Shown: positions 51,612 through 62,190, counted from the stretch's first letter. The stretch is 64,000 nucleotides of DNA from Candidatus Poseidoniales archaeon (GCA_038110525.1 JAYNJV010000004.1:17577-81576), one strand, 5' to 3'. The notes: generated from the letters alone by a model not told the origin. Made by a program: numbers and translations.

Positions 51612-52709
51612 ATGAGCAATGACTCATTGTCCACCAGGATGACCTATGGCAATTATCTCCGATTACCTGATCTTCTCTCGCTTCAATCCGGGCCAGAAGG
51701 ATATGCGCCTCCTTCAAACCATGAGATGCATTTTATTGTCGTCCATCAGGCTTTTGAGTTGTGGTTCAAACTCATTTTACGAGAACTCGAAGAAGCCAAG
51801 GTAAAGATGGGCCAAAATGAAATTGGAGAAGAAGAAATACGATTGGTGGTACAACATCTTGAAAGGGTATCTGAGATTTTCCGTCTTCTCGCCCAGCAAT
51901 GGAAGGTCATGGAAACAATGTCACCGATCGATTTTTTGTCATTTCGGGACCGCTTGGGCACCTCTTCTGGATTTGAATCATGGCAATTACGTCAAATTGA
52001 GTTTGTCATGGGATTATCAAATGATGACAGAGTTGGAGGAATGAATCCACTTGAACACATGAGAAAGTTGTCCGAAGAAGGTAAAATAAGTCAAGATATT
52101 TACAACGAAGTCCACCGAATAGCCTCATCTGCTTCGCTCAATGATGTATTACAAGATTGGCTTTCAAGGACCCCAATCCATGGTTCTCAACCTTCTGACG
52201 ACGAGGACGCCGATGTAGTTTCAACATACATCGAACAACATATCGCATCGATGCAAGACCAAATCGATGTGTATGTGCATCACGCTACTTCAATCGGCCA
52301 CATGAGCGAAGAACAATTGCGACCCCGATTAGAGGCAAATATCACAGCAGCACGAGAATTTTTCTTTGATGAGAACAACAACGTGCAAAGAAACAGAGCA
52401 GGCCTTTTGTTCATAGAATCCTACCGCCACCTCCCATTGCTATCATGGCCACAACGATTGCTTGATTGTTTTATTGAATTGGAAGAATCAATGCTGTTGT
52501 TTAGGTCTCATCACGCCCGTATGGTCGAGAGAATGATCGGAAGAAGAATTGGAACCGGGGGCTCTTCTGGTGTGGATTACCTCGATGCGACTTCATCATA
52601 TCGTATCTTCAAAGATTTGTGGAATATCCGAACATTGCTCGTGAAGCAAAGTGCTACGCCAACCGTAGCGAATATCGAATATTACGATTTCAGTAAAAAT
52701 CGAATGTGA
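51612..52709 (+). CDS. kynA: tryptophan 2,3-dioxygenase
   Basis: TYGNYLRLPDLLSLQ and HEMHFIVVHQAFELWFKLILREL blocks. Later a heme-proximal His region SHHARMVERMIG...GTGGSSG. Start at MSNDSL (51612) preferred over GTG at 51513. Confidence 0.85.
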   Translation: MSNDSLSTRMTYGNYLRLPDLLSLQSGPEGYAPPSNHEMHFIVVHQAFELWFKLILRELEEAKVKMGQNEIGEEEIRLVVQHLERVSEIFRLLAQQWKVMETMSPIDFLSFRDRLGTSSGFESWQLRQIEFVMGLSNDDRVGGMNPLEHMRKLSEEGKISQDIYNEVHRIASSASLNDVLQDWLSRTPIHGSQPSDDEDADVVSTYIEQHIASMQDQIDVYVHHATSIGHMSEEQLRPRLEANITAAREFFFDENNNVQRNRAGLLFIESYRHLPLLSWPQRLLDCFIELEESMLLFRSHHARMVERMIGRRIGTGGSSGVDYLDATSSYRIFKDLWNIRTLLVKQSATPTVANIEYYDFSKNRM

Positions 52710-52714
52710 AGGAA

Positions 52715-52981
52715 TTATTCATCCAAATGGGGATCGATATCGATTGGGATGAGATGATTGTCATATTCGTAGAGTGCAATCTTCAGCGGGTCGAGGACAT
52801 ATCGAATCGATGCTTCTTCAAGACCGTATAGAGAAACAAGTTCTTCTTTGAATTCTTCGCGAAGGGATTCCTCAGCAGCGTACAGAGGGGCACCCATACC
52901 AATTTGAAGTGCTCTAGCACCAATGATTCTTGCTCGTTCAAATCGAGTATGATTTCGGATTGGCTTGACCACGGAATACAC
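52715..52981 (-). CDS. rpoK: DNA-directed RNA polymerase subunit K (Rpo6)
   Basis: [20 protein letters not shown], the conserved Rpo6/omega-like core. 88 aa. Confidence 0.85.
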   Translation of the reverse strand: MYSVVKPIRNHTRFERARIIGARALQIGMGAPLYAAEESLREEFKEELVSLYGLEEASIRYVLDPLKIALYEYDNHLIPIDIDPHLDE

Positions 52982-53039
52982 CTACGAGAAATGCTCGTAT
53001 TTGGGCGACCTATGTCATCTTTTTGAACTTAACCCTCTA

Positions 53040-53951
53040 TTATTGCTCTTCATCTCTTCCTATTGGAGTTGAATTTCGCATCATTCGATAATGACTGACC
53101 AAAGCTGGATAAAGAAGGAGGAACAAGATTCCTCCAACATAGATTGGTAGATTTTGATCGCCTTGATGGGACGACTGTCGGTCGGGTTCAAACGACTTGT
53201 CAAGGAAATCAAAACCGCTCAGCGTAGCATTTGAACCTGCAATAAACTTCCCACGTTGGCCGTATGTCCATACATTGACTTGTATTGAACCTTGTTCATC
53301 TAAGGCAAAAACTTCTGAAATGTTTAACAGTGATTCTTCCTTATTGAGATAGGCGACTGATTGAACCACATTAAATTCAACACCAGAACGATTTTTCGTC
53401 ATCGGTTCAGTGTACCAAATTTCCCAATATTCATTATCACTACCGTTGAACATGAGTTGTTGTCCATCAAAGATGTCGGTAAAGGAAAATGGTTGAAGCG
53501 ATGTGGAGTTGATTTGTGCCTCAATATCTAGTGCCTGCCGACTGCCAGTAAACAAATACATGCCGTTGTAAACAACTGAAGGGAAATAGAGCAATCGATA
53601 TTCACCTTCGAAATGACCGAAGGATGCAGAGGTGTAATCATCATCATAATTTGATGCTTGATGAAGTATTATTTTGGTGTTAGGTGATTCGATTTCAGAT
53701 AAAATATCATCAACTTTAGCACACGGAATACACCAATCAGCGCTAAAATATTCAATGAGGTGGAGTGTTGGTTGGACCGAACACGATTCGTTTTGCAGTT
53801 CAGGACAAGTATAATCAATTTCAAATGAAGATTGCATGGTGGGTTCTTGCTCAGAACTTTGCACGCCTTGGACAAGAGTTGAGAATTGTAGTGTCAACAA
53901 AAGAAGGACCGCTAAGAAAATCCTTGCTTCCATGAACAAGGCTGGAAGCAT
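53040..53951 (-). CDS. membrane-anchored thioredoxin-fold protein (WCIPC motif)
   Basis: Signal/TM at the N-terminus, YFSADWCIPCAKV (W-C-x-P-C redox motif), and a C-terminal TM NLPIYVGGILFLLLYPALV. Start uncertain (53933/53951/53978). Divergent from ctaA. Confidence 0.45.
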   Translation of the reverse strand: MLPALFMEARIFLAVLLLLTLQFSTLVQGVQSSEQEPTMQSSFEIDYTCPELQNESCSVQPTLHLIEYFSADWCIPCAKVDDILSEIESPNTKIILHQASNYDDDYTSASFGHFEGEYRLLYFPSVVYNGMYLFTGSRQALDIEAQINSTSLQPFSFTDIFDGQQLMFNGSDNEYWEIWYTEPMTKNRSGVEFNVVQSVAYLNKEESLLNISEVFALDEQGSIQVNVWTYGQRGKFIAGSNATLSGFDFLDKSFEPDRQSSHQGDQNLPIYVGGILFLLLYPALVSHYRMMRNSTPIGRDEEQ

Positions 53952-54002
53952 TTGTTCAAAAGGGGTCTCTTCCCCCACTCCCTCATGGAGGGTGATGGGA
54001 CG

Positions 54003-55097
54003 ATGCCGGTTGTCCGCCGTGCATCGACCTTACCATTCGTAATTTGTCTTATGGCAATGATGATTGTCATCGTAGGAGGTACGATACGAATTCATGACGC
54101 CGGTGAATCATGCCCTGATTGGCCCCAATGCTTTGGAACATGGGGATTTGATATTTCGGAAGATGAACAGGCAGCATATTGGGCAGAGCATCCAGATGAA
54201 ATCGATAGTCGGGGCATTGACCATCGTTACACTGTGTTTGAAATTTTTACCGAGTGGTTTCATCGATTTTTAGTCGGTGTGATTGCGCTACCAATTCTGT
54301 TTAACGTCTTCCTAGTGCATAAAAAGAGTGAATTTTACGGGTCAAAAACAAAAAACATTGCCATTGCTTCTGCGATTCTTCTTTTTGTTCAAGCCATTGC
54401 TGGAATGGTGACCGTAGAGTTTGATAATGAAGATTGGACGGTAGCCTTACATTTGTCTCTTGCCTCGATTTTTACTGCATTATTCATCTATCAATTCCTC
54501 ATCATGCGTGTCAAGGAAGGCAAAAAGTGGAAATTCCTTTCACTTACCGATGAGAACATCAGAAAAGTGAATCACGATGTTTTTCGAATCGTTGTTGCAA
54601 TTGGTATTTTACTTGTCCTTGGTGCATGGGTTTCTTCAACCAGTGGAGGTGAGTACAACAAGGCGTGTTCGGTTGGTTTCCCTGAAGGCTGGCCTCAATG
54701 CCAAGGTGACTTCTTGCCAAGCGTGACTGAAAATGGTGAACTTGTTCCAGGTGTTATCATTCAAATGATTCATCGTTTAGGTGCAGCAGTTGTTGGTATC
54801 GTCCTTTTTGTCATCTCATCAAAAATGAGAGAATATGTTCAACACGAGCCGAATGCCAAACCAATTTCGAACATGGTCGAAATGACAACAGGATTTTGGT
54901 TGCTCAATGTTATGATTGGTGGAATGTATATTTTATTTGCAAAAGCAGATGAATTTCCGGAATTGTTGTCCCTCCTCCACCTCGTCGTAGGAGTCACTGT
55001 TTTCTTGATTTCAATTACCACACTTTTCATGATTCAAATCGCCAAAGAAATACAAAATGACACGATTTCCTCTGGCGATGATAACGAACAGGAGTGA
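54003..55097 (+). CDS. ctaA: heme A synthase (COX15/CtaA)
   Basis: GESCPDWPQCFG motif, a second Cys pair CSVGFPEGWPQC, conserved His residues in TM helices, ~8 TM. Start at 53985 or 54003. Confidence 0.8.
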   Translation: MPVVRRASTLPFVICLMAMMIVIVGGTIRIHDAGESCPDWPQCFGTWGFDISEDEQAAYWAEHPDEIDSRGIDHRYTVFEIFTEWFHRFLVGVIALPILFNVFLVHKKSEFYGSKTKNIAIASAILLFVQAIAGMVTVEFDNEDWTVALHLSLASIFTALFIYQFLIMRVKEGKKWKFLSLTDENIRKVNHDVFRIVVAIGILLVLGAWVSSTSGGEYNKACSVGFPEGWPQCQGDFLPSVTENGELVPGVIIQMIHRLGAAVVGIVLFVISSKMREYVQHEPNAKPISNMVEMTTGFWLLNVMIGGMYILFAKADEFPELLSLLHLVVGVTVFLISITTLFMIQIAKEIQNDTISSGDDNEQE

Positions 55098-56095
55098 TTT
55101 GGGTGAATGGTTCAAAATCACCACTTTCATTGGCGATGGAACTAATGAAACTGCGCGTTATTGTTCTGTTGCAAATCACTGCAATTTGTGCAATTTTGAT
55201 TCACGATTCACTCGTACGAAATGAAGTGATTGAAGGGGCACGGACATGGGTGGATACGCTCCTCGCGATTGGCCTAACTGTGGTTGGAGGAACGTTATCC
55301 GCTGGTGGTTCAAATGCCATCAATATGTGGTATGATGCTGACATTGACCCTCACATGAAGCGAACGATGAATCGGCCAATCCCGAGAGGCGATGTTCAAG
55401 CAAAAACAGCCCTTTTATTTGGGATAACAATAAGCATCATCGGTTCAAGTTTGTTCTTTTTTGCCCACTGGAAAGCAGCTTTTTGGTCGTTTTTCTCTGT
55501 GCTGTTCTACGTATTCATTTACTCTATCTGGCTCAAACGGAGAACTCCACAAAACATTGTCATCGGAGGTATTGCTGGGTCGACACCGCCCCTGATTGGC
55601 TGGATTGTAGCCTCTTCAGCAACAATCCCATCAAATTACAATCCTTTCGATGTCGGCTCCCCAATTCCTTGGATTCTTTTTTTGCTCATTTTTCTTTGGA
55701 CGCCCCCCCATTTTTGGGCCCTTGCACTCTACCGTTCAGGGGAGTATGGTAAAGTCAACATACCGATGATGAATGAAGTGAAAGGTCCAGAATCAACAAT
55801 TAAGCAATCTAAATTCTATGTATTGATGCTGTTTTTACTTGGATCCTTACCTTGTTTTTGGCCGAATTCGGGCATACCACTCCTGTGGGCATTCATTGCT
55901 GGTGGTCTTACTCTGTGGTACGCTCTGTCTGTTTGGCAAATCGATATTCATGAACCGCTTGATGAAAATGGACGAATGCCTAAGGCTGCAAAATCGTTCT
56001 TTAGGAGTTTATTCTATCTCGGGTGGATGTTCATCAGTATCGTTGTGGTATCATTTCTTCCTCCAGAATGGCTTGGCCCACTGGGGATGCTTTGA
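55094..56095 (+). CDS. ctaB: protoheme IX farnesyltransferase (heme O synthase)
   Basis: UbiA-family motif NMWYDADIDPHMKRTMNRPIPRG, and PPHFWALAL. GTGA overlap with ctaA (alternative ATG at 55136). Confidence 0.85.
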   Translation: MIWVNGSKSPLSLAMELMKLRVIVLLQITAICAILIHDSLVRNEVIEGARTWVDTLLAIGLTVVGGTLSAGGSNAINMWYDADIDPHMKRTMNRPIPRGDVQAKTALLFGITISIIGSSLFFFAHWKAAFWSFFSVLFYVFIYSIWLKRRTPQNIVIGGIAGSTPPLIGWIVASSATIPSNYNPFDVGSPIPWILFLLIFLWTPPHFWALALYRSGEYGKVNIPMMNEVKGPESTIKQSKFYVLMLFLLGSLPCFWPNSGIPLLWAFIAGGLTLWYALSVWQIDIHEPLDENGRMPKAAKSFFRSLFYLGWMFISIVVVSFLPPEWLGPLGML

Positions 56096-56160
56096 CTGAA
56101 GATGCGGACATGTTACTACCGCTATCTTCATGACTCAATCGCGGGTCGGCGGTTTACATT

Positions 56161-56247
56161 GCGGCAGTCGCATAGCCTGGCCATTGCGCCGGATTGCTAA
56201 TCCGGTGGTGTCTCACCGCGGGAGTTCGAATCTCCCCTGCCGCGCCA
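56161..56247 (+). tRNA. tRNA-Ser (anticodon GCT), encoded CCA
   Basis: Hand-folded cloverleaf: acceptor GCGGCAG/CTGCCGC, D-loop with GG, anticodon stem CCGGA/TCCGG with loop TTGCTAA, long variable arm GGTG-TCT-CACC, T-arm GGGAG-TTCGAAT-CTCCC, discriminator G plus CCA. Confidence 0.9.
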
Positions 56248-56276
56248 TCAATATAGGATATAGAAAAACGGAGAAC

Positions 56277-57158
56277 ATGCTCGAGGCCACTCAACTTCTT
56301 CTTGCACTCATCATTCTCGCCGTCCTTCTCCTCATCAAGCCAACACGCCGTTGGATTCTCGTTGTTCTTTTTTCATACAAGATCATTTGGAAATATCTGA
56401 ATTTACGCCCTTCCAACGAACGGCCATGGGTCAACGATAACAAAGAGACAGCAAGTGCTACATTTGACGGAACAAAGGTCAAATTGCGTAATGTTCGCGA
56501 TTTCGCGTGGACCACGACAAGAGAATTTGAAGAACGATGGGTTGCGATGGAATTTGATACAAATGATGTCAAGGATATTTGGTTTGTATTGGAATATTTC
56601 GATCCTACACGAAAACAACTTGCTCACACGATTCTTTCCTTCGAATTTGAAGACGGACGATTTCTCAGTTGCTCGATTGAAGCACGAAGAGAGGAAGGTG
56701 AAAGATACCATCCCATTACTGGAATGTTTCGTCAATTTGAATTGATTTATGTTTGGGGAACCGAAGCTGACCTCATTGGAGTGAGAACACGTTGTAGGAA
56801 GAAATCAAAAACACACCTGTTTCGAGCTAAATTATTAAGAGAAGATAGCAAACAAGCCTTGCTTGAATCATACCTCAAAAGAACAAATAAATTATCTCAG
56901 AAACCAGAATGGTACAATTCAATCTCGAATACCTGTACCACAAACATAGCTCGGCATGTCAATGATGTGTATCCTGGTCGCATACCGAAATCCTTTGCCG
57001 TTTTACTTCCTGGTCTAAGCCCGAAATTACTTGAAAAAAATCAACTGGTTGAATTAAACGGTTTGACAATGGATGAACTTCTCATTGCATCACTGATTGA
57101 TGAGAAGGCACAAGAATGGGACGAAACTTCAAACTTTAGTGCTTACATTCGGTCTTGA
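56277..57158 (+). CDS. membrane-anchored DUF4105 (Lnb N-terminal domain)-like protein
   Basis: N-terminal TM helix. VKLRNVRDFAW...AHTILSFEFEDGRFLSCSIEARREEGERY...FELIYVWGTE follows the DUF4105 pattern as I recall it. The upstream part of ORF 56130.. overlaps the tRNA and was trimmed. Confidence 0.45.
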   Translation: MLEATQLLLALIILAVLLLIKPTRRWILVVLFSYKIIWKYLNLRPSNERPWVNDNKETASATFDGTKVKLRNVRDFAWTTTREFEERWVAMEFDTNDVKDIWFVLEYFDPTRKQLAHTILSFEFEDGRFLSCSIEARREEGERYHPITGMFRQFELIYVWGTEADLIGVRTRCRKKSKTHLFRAKLLREDSKQALLESYLKRTNKLSQKPEWYNSISNTCTTNIARHVNDVYPGRIPKSFAVLLPGLSPKLLEKNQLVELNGLTMDELLIASLIDEKAQEWDETSNFSAYIRS

Positions 57159-57159
57159 A

Positions 57160-60123
57160 TCATTCAAAGAAGTCATCAAAATCTTCAGAAACAGCGGATT
57201 GATTTCGCTTTCTTGCTGCCATAACCCGCTTCAATCGTTTTCGCTTCTTGAGTATCAATGGCAGGAGCACAAAATTGAGCACCAATAAACCGATCATAGT
57301 TATGCCAACCGCTTGGAATTCGACTGATTGCATTGAATCTTCTAAATCACCTAACCATTCAACCCCGAGAGGTGGTTCTGGTTCCGGTTCTGGCTCTGGG
57401 ATGATATGTTGATTGTATTTCCACCAGTCATCGTCAATATGTACACGTTCAACATTGTTGGATGGGTAAGAAGCCAAAAATTGTTGATTACCAACATAAT
57501 CGATTGGCGCTAAGATGTAGTAGTAGGTCCTATCCGGTCGGATTCCATTAAATTCAAGGCCACTTTGATTAAACATTCCAACTTCACCTGGAACTCCTTT
57601 CAAATTTGTTGCAATTGGATTGATAAAGCGAAGATTGACATCAACCGGCTGAGATTCAACTCGATATAGGTTCCACGACAACTCACCTGCAAGTTCATTT
57701 TGCGGCCATGTCCATGTCAAATTGACAATGTAACATCTTGACCAGTCCTTTGTCAAGGAAAAACAATCCGTCGAATTCGTAAAGGCCCAATTGTGCCTAA
57801 AGTTGACAACTTCAGTTGAAGGTGGTATGGCGTCTCCACATACCAAACCAGCAGTACCATCTGAAGTCATGGTCACATTGACCATGTTGATGTTGGGATG
57901 ACCTGACCTATCGGATGGAATAATTGCATACGATGTACAAATACCCGTTTCCATAAGATCTTGGTCAAGGTATGATTCTGCATCGGGGGAAAGCATGGTG
58001 ATTAACGAACCATTGGTGAGTTGTTCCCATTGGAAATTGTTGATACCATTTGATGGGTCTGGGAAATATGTTGTTCCTTCAATTCCACGATAGCGGTAAA
58101 TATTCCAGCCACCGAAGTAAGGGTTAGCCGTATCACCTAAAGCATCCCAATGAAGTTCAATACCTCCATTTTTGATGAGTGTCCAACTTAAATTTTCAGC
58201 ATGGACCGATGGGGGAGGTAATTCACCAGCAATAAGAATGACTCCACCGGCATACATTCGAACCGAAAAGGTTCCATCTTCGTTGACCGTGTATTCTCTA
58301 TCTCCAGAGAATGGTTGCCAACCTTCGTCTTCAACGCTGTCAAGATATCGAAGTTGAACTGTTGAAAGGTCAACTGTGGACGGGGCAATGAGTGACATGT
58401 CAAGTTCAAGTGTGATCTCCTTAATGTCTGGTTCTTCACCTGGATTTTGTTCGGATTCAATTTCAAGAATCATGAGGTGTAATGGAGATAAACCATTCCC
58501 GAGCAAGTAGCCTTTACCTACAGCAGGTAATTGTTCACTAAATGAATAGGTGATGGGTTCCCTTGCTACAATCTCACCTTCAAAACGTGGTAAATCACTG
58601 ATGTTAATTGCTTCTAAAATGCGAAGTGAACGATAGGTGTAATCCGTGGTGCCAAATGGGTCTCTCACTTCGAGGGTGATGTTGTGCATACCCACGCCCA
58701 AGAATTCTCCAGTGACATTGAGATATTTGCCATATCCCAGCAAAAAGAAACCTTCACGCCAGGTGTAATTCAAGGGTTGCGATGCTACACTGCTTGTCCG
58801 TGCTTCAAAAACAACCTCCTCTGAGGATTTATATTCACCATTGGGGTGGTCGAGGTAAATAAAGGCGTTAATACTACCAGCCTCAATAGTAATGTCCGGC
58901 AATGATTGTCTGTTGTTGTTCGCAAGGTTCACATCTTGACCTTGAATACTATCGGATTGAATTGAAAATCTGAACAATTTATTTGCTCCTGTTGTGTTGA
59001 TGTTGTAGACACATGTCTGAGATTCTCCAGGATAAATGATTGGAATCGTACATGTACTTCCTTGCTCAATTTGGAAGTTGGCGCCGTTGTAGATATCGAA
59101 ATTAAGAACAATGTTTTCCATGGTCTTGTTTCCAAAGTTACCTACGTCTGCGTGAACACGTTCTGCCCCGAAATAATACAACGTGTCTGTAGCATCATGG
59201 CTAGGGTGCCAGTCAACGATTCCAACATCGATTGTATCATCAATGACAATGGGAATCGTGACAAGGTCATTGAAACTGTTTTGGTCGCCGTAAGGAGTAC
59301 CCGAACTTGATAGCATACCGTATTTGAGTAAGTATTCACCTTCAAGAGAATAATTGAACACAGGGAGTACAACGTTGTACGGCGCTAGTGTTCCCCAGTT
59401 TGGAAGGTTGCTGACATTTCGAAATTGAGTCTTCAACAACTGCGTTCCGGTACTATCCCATAATTGCCATCCAAATTCGGAGTCGAGATTGCATGTTGAA
59501 CAAGATATCACCGTACCTTTTGCCCGAAGGGTATAATCGGTGTTGGTGTTGAGGATGTCTTGACCATTGTAGGTAGCTAAATGCTCAATGTCATCTATCG
59601 GATTATACGAGGTATCCGCTGAAACATCGCTAAAAGTGCTACTGAGGTAAATATGGAACTTGAGTTGATCGTTTGATGAAGAATCATCATTGATAGAAAA
59701 AGCGTACACGACGGTGAATAGTCCATCCGCTCCCGAAGGATTCCAAAAATCAGGGGAGGTGAAATTTCCCATTCCATTTCCTGGGATGTTGGCAAGGAGG
59801 AATACACCTTGGTCGAGTGGATTTGATGTGCATTCGATAATGGTCACATCTCCTGTGCAGACATACCAATTTGATTGTCGAGTGGAACCAGTCGTGACGC
59901 TTCTCATGTTCTCCACTGTAATTGTGAAACCCATTTGTTCGTAGGAAGTATACCATCGGCCATCAACGGGTTCAATCGAACCAACAACTGCGAGGTCAGT
60001 TCCAGATGCGGCTGATGTTGAAGGGGCGATAAAAAGGAGTGAAAGAGATGAGAATAAGAAAAGAACAACAATGCTTACTGCACTGGACCTTCGTTCAATT
60101 TGCATAGGCTTCGCACCGCTCAT
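57160..60123 (-). CDS. large surface protein (PKD-like and FN3-like repeats), C-terminally membrane-anchored
   Basis: Signal peptide (SIVVLFLFSSLSLLFIAPSTSAASG). PKD-like stretch YTWREG...GMHNITLEVRDPFGTTD. FN3-like stretches (LSWTLIKNGGIELHWD; LTWTWPQNE...WNLYRVE). PEPEPEPEP linker, TM helix, and a basic tail KKRKRLKR. Confidence 0.6.
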   Translation of the reverse strand: MSGAKPMQIERRSSAVSIVVLFLFSSLSLLFIAPSTSAASGTDLAVVGSIEPVDGRWYTSYEQMGFTITVENMRSVTTGSTRQSNWYVCTGDVTIIECTSNPLDQGVFLLANIPGNGMGNFTSPDFWNPSGADGLFTVVYAFSINDDSSSNDQLKFHIYLSSTFSDVSADTSYNPIDDIEHLATYNGQDILNTNTDYTLRAKGTVISCSTCNLDSEFGWQLWDSTGTQLLKTQFRNVSNLPNWGTLAPYNVVLPVFNYSLEGEYLLKYGMLSSSGTPYGDQNSFNDLVTIPIVIDDTIDVGIVDWHPSHDATDTLYYFGAERVHADVGNFGNKTMENIVLNFDIYNGANFQIEQGSTCTIPIIYPGESQTCVYNINTTGANKLFRFSIQSDSIQGQDVNLANNNRQSLPDITIEAGSINAFIYLDHPNGEYKSSEEVVFEARTSSVASQPLNYTWREGFFLLGYGKYLNVTGEFLGVGMHNITLEVRDPFGTTDYTYRSLRILEAINISDLPRFEGEIVAREPITYSFSEQLPAVGKGYLLGNGLSPLHLMILEIESEQNPGEEPDIKEITLELDMSLIAPSTVDLSTVQLRYLDSVEDEGWQPFSGDREYTVNEDGTFSVRMYAGGVILIAGELPPPSVHAENLSWTLIKNGGIELHWDALGDTANPYFGGWNIYRYRGIEGTTYFPDPSNGINNFQWEQLTNGSLITMLSPDAESYLDQDLMETGICTSYAIIPSDRSGHPNINMVNVTMTSDGTAGLVCGDAIPPSTEVVNFRHNWAFTNSTDCFSLTKDWSRCYIVNLTWTWPQNELAGELSWNLYRVESQPVDVNLRFINPIATNLKGVPGEVGMFNQSGLEFNGIRPDRTYYYILAPIDYVGNQQFLASYPSNNVERVHIDDDWWKYNQHIIPEPEPEPEPPLGVEWLGDLEDSMQSVEFQAVGITMIGLLVLNFVLLPLILKKRKRLKRVMAARKRNQSAVSEDFDDFFE

Positions 60124-60265
60124 GTGTCACGCTTGTCAAACGAATTCAAAGACTCATCGCCTAATTGAATTAAGTTTGCATCAAATTTTCCACTCTTGCC
60201 TTCAACGGAGATAATTTTTGAACTTCCGTCGGTAATATCATGAAATCGTTCGTCATGGTTGCGCC

Positions 60266-61345
60266 ATGGCGGATGTCCATTCGTTCAAAGATGATGAACG
60301 TGGACTCACTGCTGTCATCGAATTTTTGTCCGCTTTCACATTGTTCTTGATGATTCTGACAGCATTCTTGTCTCTTGCCCAGTTGCAGATGGGGTCGAAT
60401 GACCCCTCACTCGACCGCCTCGATAGGGCAGCCATTCTCGGTGTTGACAGACTATCCGCATCAGAAGGATGGTTTGTTCCCGTCAACAATGGTGCACCAG
60501 ATTACACCAATGCCACATCTGAATGGCATCTTGAATCCATGAATCAGTTGGACACTGGTCGTTTACAAGCGGGTATCGTATCGGGAAAAAGACTTGATTT
60601 TCAAAGAATTGCAGCCTTATCGAATGTTACAGAAGAAGGGTTTTCCGAAGGTTTGGGGCTGGGTGAAAAAATGAGTGTCTTTCTCACTATTCGGGTTGAA
60701 GAAAGTGGGAATACAAGCCGAGAAGGTTTGATCATCTTTCAAGGTGGTACACCTCGAACAACATCCAGCTCATCATCCACAGCATTCAGGACCTTTTACC
60801 AAGAAGGAGAAAAAATAAGCGTGATTCTTGAAGTCCATATGAATGCCCAAGTGACAAGTAAAATGATACTCACCGAAATCATGACAAGACCTTCCAGTTC
60901 TGGGCCGGAATGGATTGAGATACACAATCCAAATCAATTTGCCATTTCTCTTCGAGGTTGGTCGCTCAATCACACATCTGGGGTTACATCAACGAACTAT
61001 TTATTCCAAGATGGTGTTGTACCAGGTAATTCTACAACCCTCTTTTCTGGAGACCCTTCAACCCAACAGGTAGGCAATGCCTCGGCGGTCATCGATTTAG
61101 GTAGTGTCGGTTTTCTCGGAGTAGGTCAAGTCAACGCCATCTCCGATGGCTCAGGCGTTCTGCGTTTGAGATACACTCAACTCACCCATACCACTCCATC
61201 CGACATCGATGTCGTTGAGTGGGGCGGAAATACCGGGTTGATCATCAATGTTGGACACAGTATAGAACGACAAGAATCATCACGAATGAGTCAAGGGGCT
61301 TGGGATGTTCAAGAATCACCAACACCGGGGATATATATTCGATGA
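60266..61345 (+). CDS. archaeal pilin-like (class III signal peptide) protein with a C-terminal lamin-tail domain (LTD)
   Basis: N-terminus KDDERG|LTAVIEFLSAFTLFLMILTAFL fits the archaeal prepilin signal ([KR]G followed by a hydrophobic helix). C-terminal ILTEIMTRPSSSGPEWIEIHNPNQFAISLRGWSL...LFQDGVVPGNSTTLFSGD fits the LTD consensus. Confidence 0.5.
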   Translation: MADVHSFKDDERGLTAVIEFLSAFTLFLMILTAFLSLAQLQMGSNDPSLDRLDRAAILGVDRLSASEGWFVPVNNGAPDYTNATSEWHLESMNQLDTGRLQAGIVSGKRLDFQRIAALSNVTEEGFSEGLGLGEKMSVFLTIRVEESGNTSREGLIIFQGGTPRTTSSSSSTAFRTFYQEGEKISVILEVHMNAQVTSKMILTEIMTRPSSSGPEWIEIHNPNQFAISLRGWSLNHTSGVTSTNYLFQDGVVPGNSTTLFSGDPSTQQVGNASAVIDLGSVGFLGVGQVNAISDGSGVLRLRYTQLTHTTPSDIDVVEWGGNTGLIINVGHSIERQESSRMSQGAWDVQESPTPGIYIR

Positions 61346-61407
61346 GATAAATCAACTCCTTGAGGCGGTTATTTCATCAACCATAACGACTTCGACTGAA
61401 TGTTCCC

Positions 61408-62190
61408 ATGCAATCGCCATCGACTTACCAACGAGATAGATGTGTCACAGGCATTCACGGCTTGGATGAAATACTAAGGGGAGGTATACCTTATGGCTCC
61501 ACTGTTCTTGCTGCAGGTACTTGTGGCTCAGGAAAAACAACCATGGGCATGGAGTTTCTTGTCCGAGGTGCACTCGCAGGCGAGGCTTGTGCCCACTTTA
61601 CGGCAACCGAACCATCGGTGAAGTTGCTTGAAAATATTCGCCAATACCAATTCTTTGACATGAACATGGTTGATTCTGGCCTCATCAACGTCTTTGATAT
61701 GGACGTCTTGTATTCATGGCTCGGACTCGACAAAGCATCATTTGATTTGGATGACGTTCACGCACTCATCAAGGCTATCGTCGATATCGTCAATACAATT
61801 GGTGTGACCCGACTCGTGATAGATTCAGTAACCACACTCTGTTACAAGATTAAATCGGAACAATTGATTCGAGACTTCTTGTTCACCTTGGGCAAAAAAC
61901 TTGCTACGCTTGGTTGCACAACAATTCTCATTTCAGAAATTACCTCTGCGACAGAAAACGCACACTGGTCATCCTTCGGTGTTGAAGAAGCAATTGCTGA
62001 TGGAATCATCGTGATGGGAGACAATGAAAGAATGGGGCACCTGCTTCGATTTCTTCAAGTTGTGAAGATGAGGGGCACCTCGCATAGCCGTGCAAAGCAT
62101 GCCATTGAACTCACTCCAATTGGCGTTATGCTTACACCAATGTTGAAATGGGGTGCTCAGATTGATACAACATCTCGATGGGGGCAATAA
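61408..62190 (+). CDS. KaiC-like RecA-superfamily ATPase (single domain, intact Walker A)
   Basis: GIHGLDEILRGGIPYGSTVLAAGTCGSGKTTMGMEF (Walker A) and TRLVIDSVTTL (Walker B). About 260 aa. Confidence 0.8.
   Translation: MQSPSTYQRDRCVTGIHGLDEILRGGIPYGSTVLAAGTCGSGKTTMGMEFLVRGALAGEACAHFTATEPSVKLLENIRQYQFFDMNMVDSGLINVFDMDVLYSWLGLDKASFDLDDVHALIKAIVDIVNTIGVTRLVIDSVTTLCYKIKSEQLIRDFLFTLGKKLATLGCTTILISEITSATENAHWSSFGVEEAIADGIIVMGDNERMGHLLRFLQVVKMRGTSHSRAKHAIELTPIGVMLTPMLKWGAQIDTTSRWGQ

Noticed and set aside
56130-56276. 5' part of ORF 56130..57158
   Set aside because: It is read straight through the tRNA-Ser gene (56161-56247). The real CDS most plausibly starts at MLEATQLLL (56277), where a TM helix begins.
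60170-60256. 28-codon minus-strand ORF (MTNDFMILPTEVQKLSPLKARVENLMQT) in the divergent intergenic region between the surface protein and the pilin-like gene
   Set aside because: It is too short, has no SD or TATA context that I could see, and I cannot assess conservation. It is probably part of the divergent promoter region.
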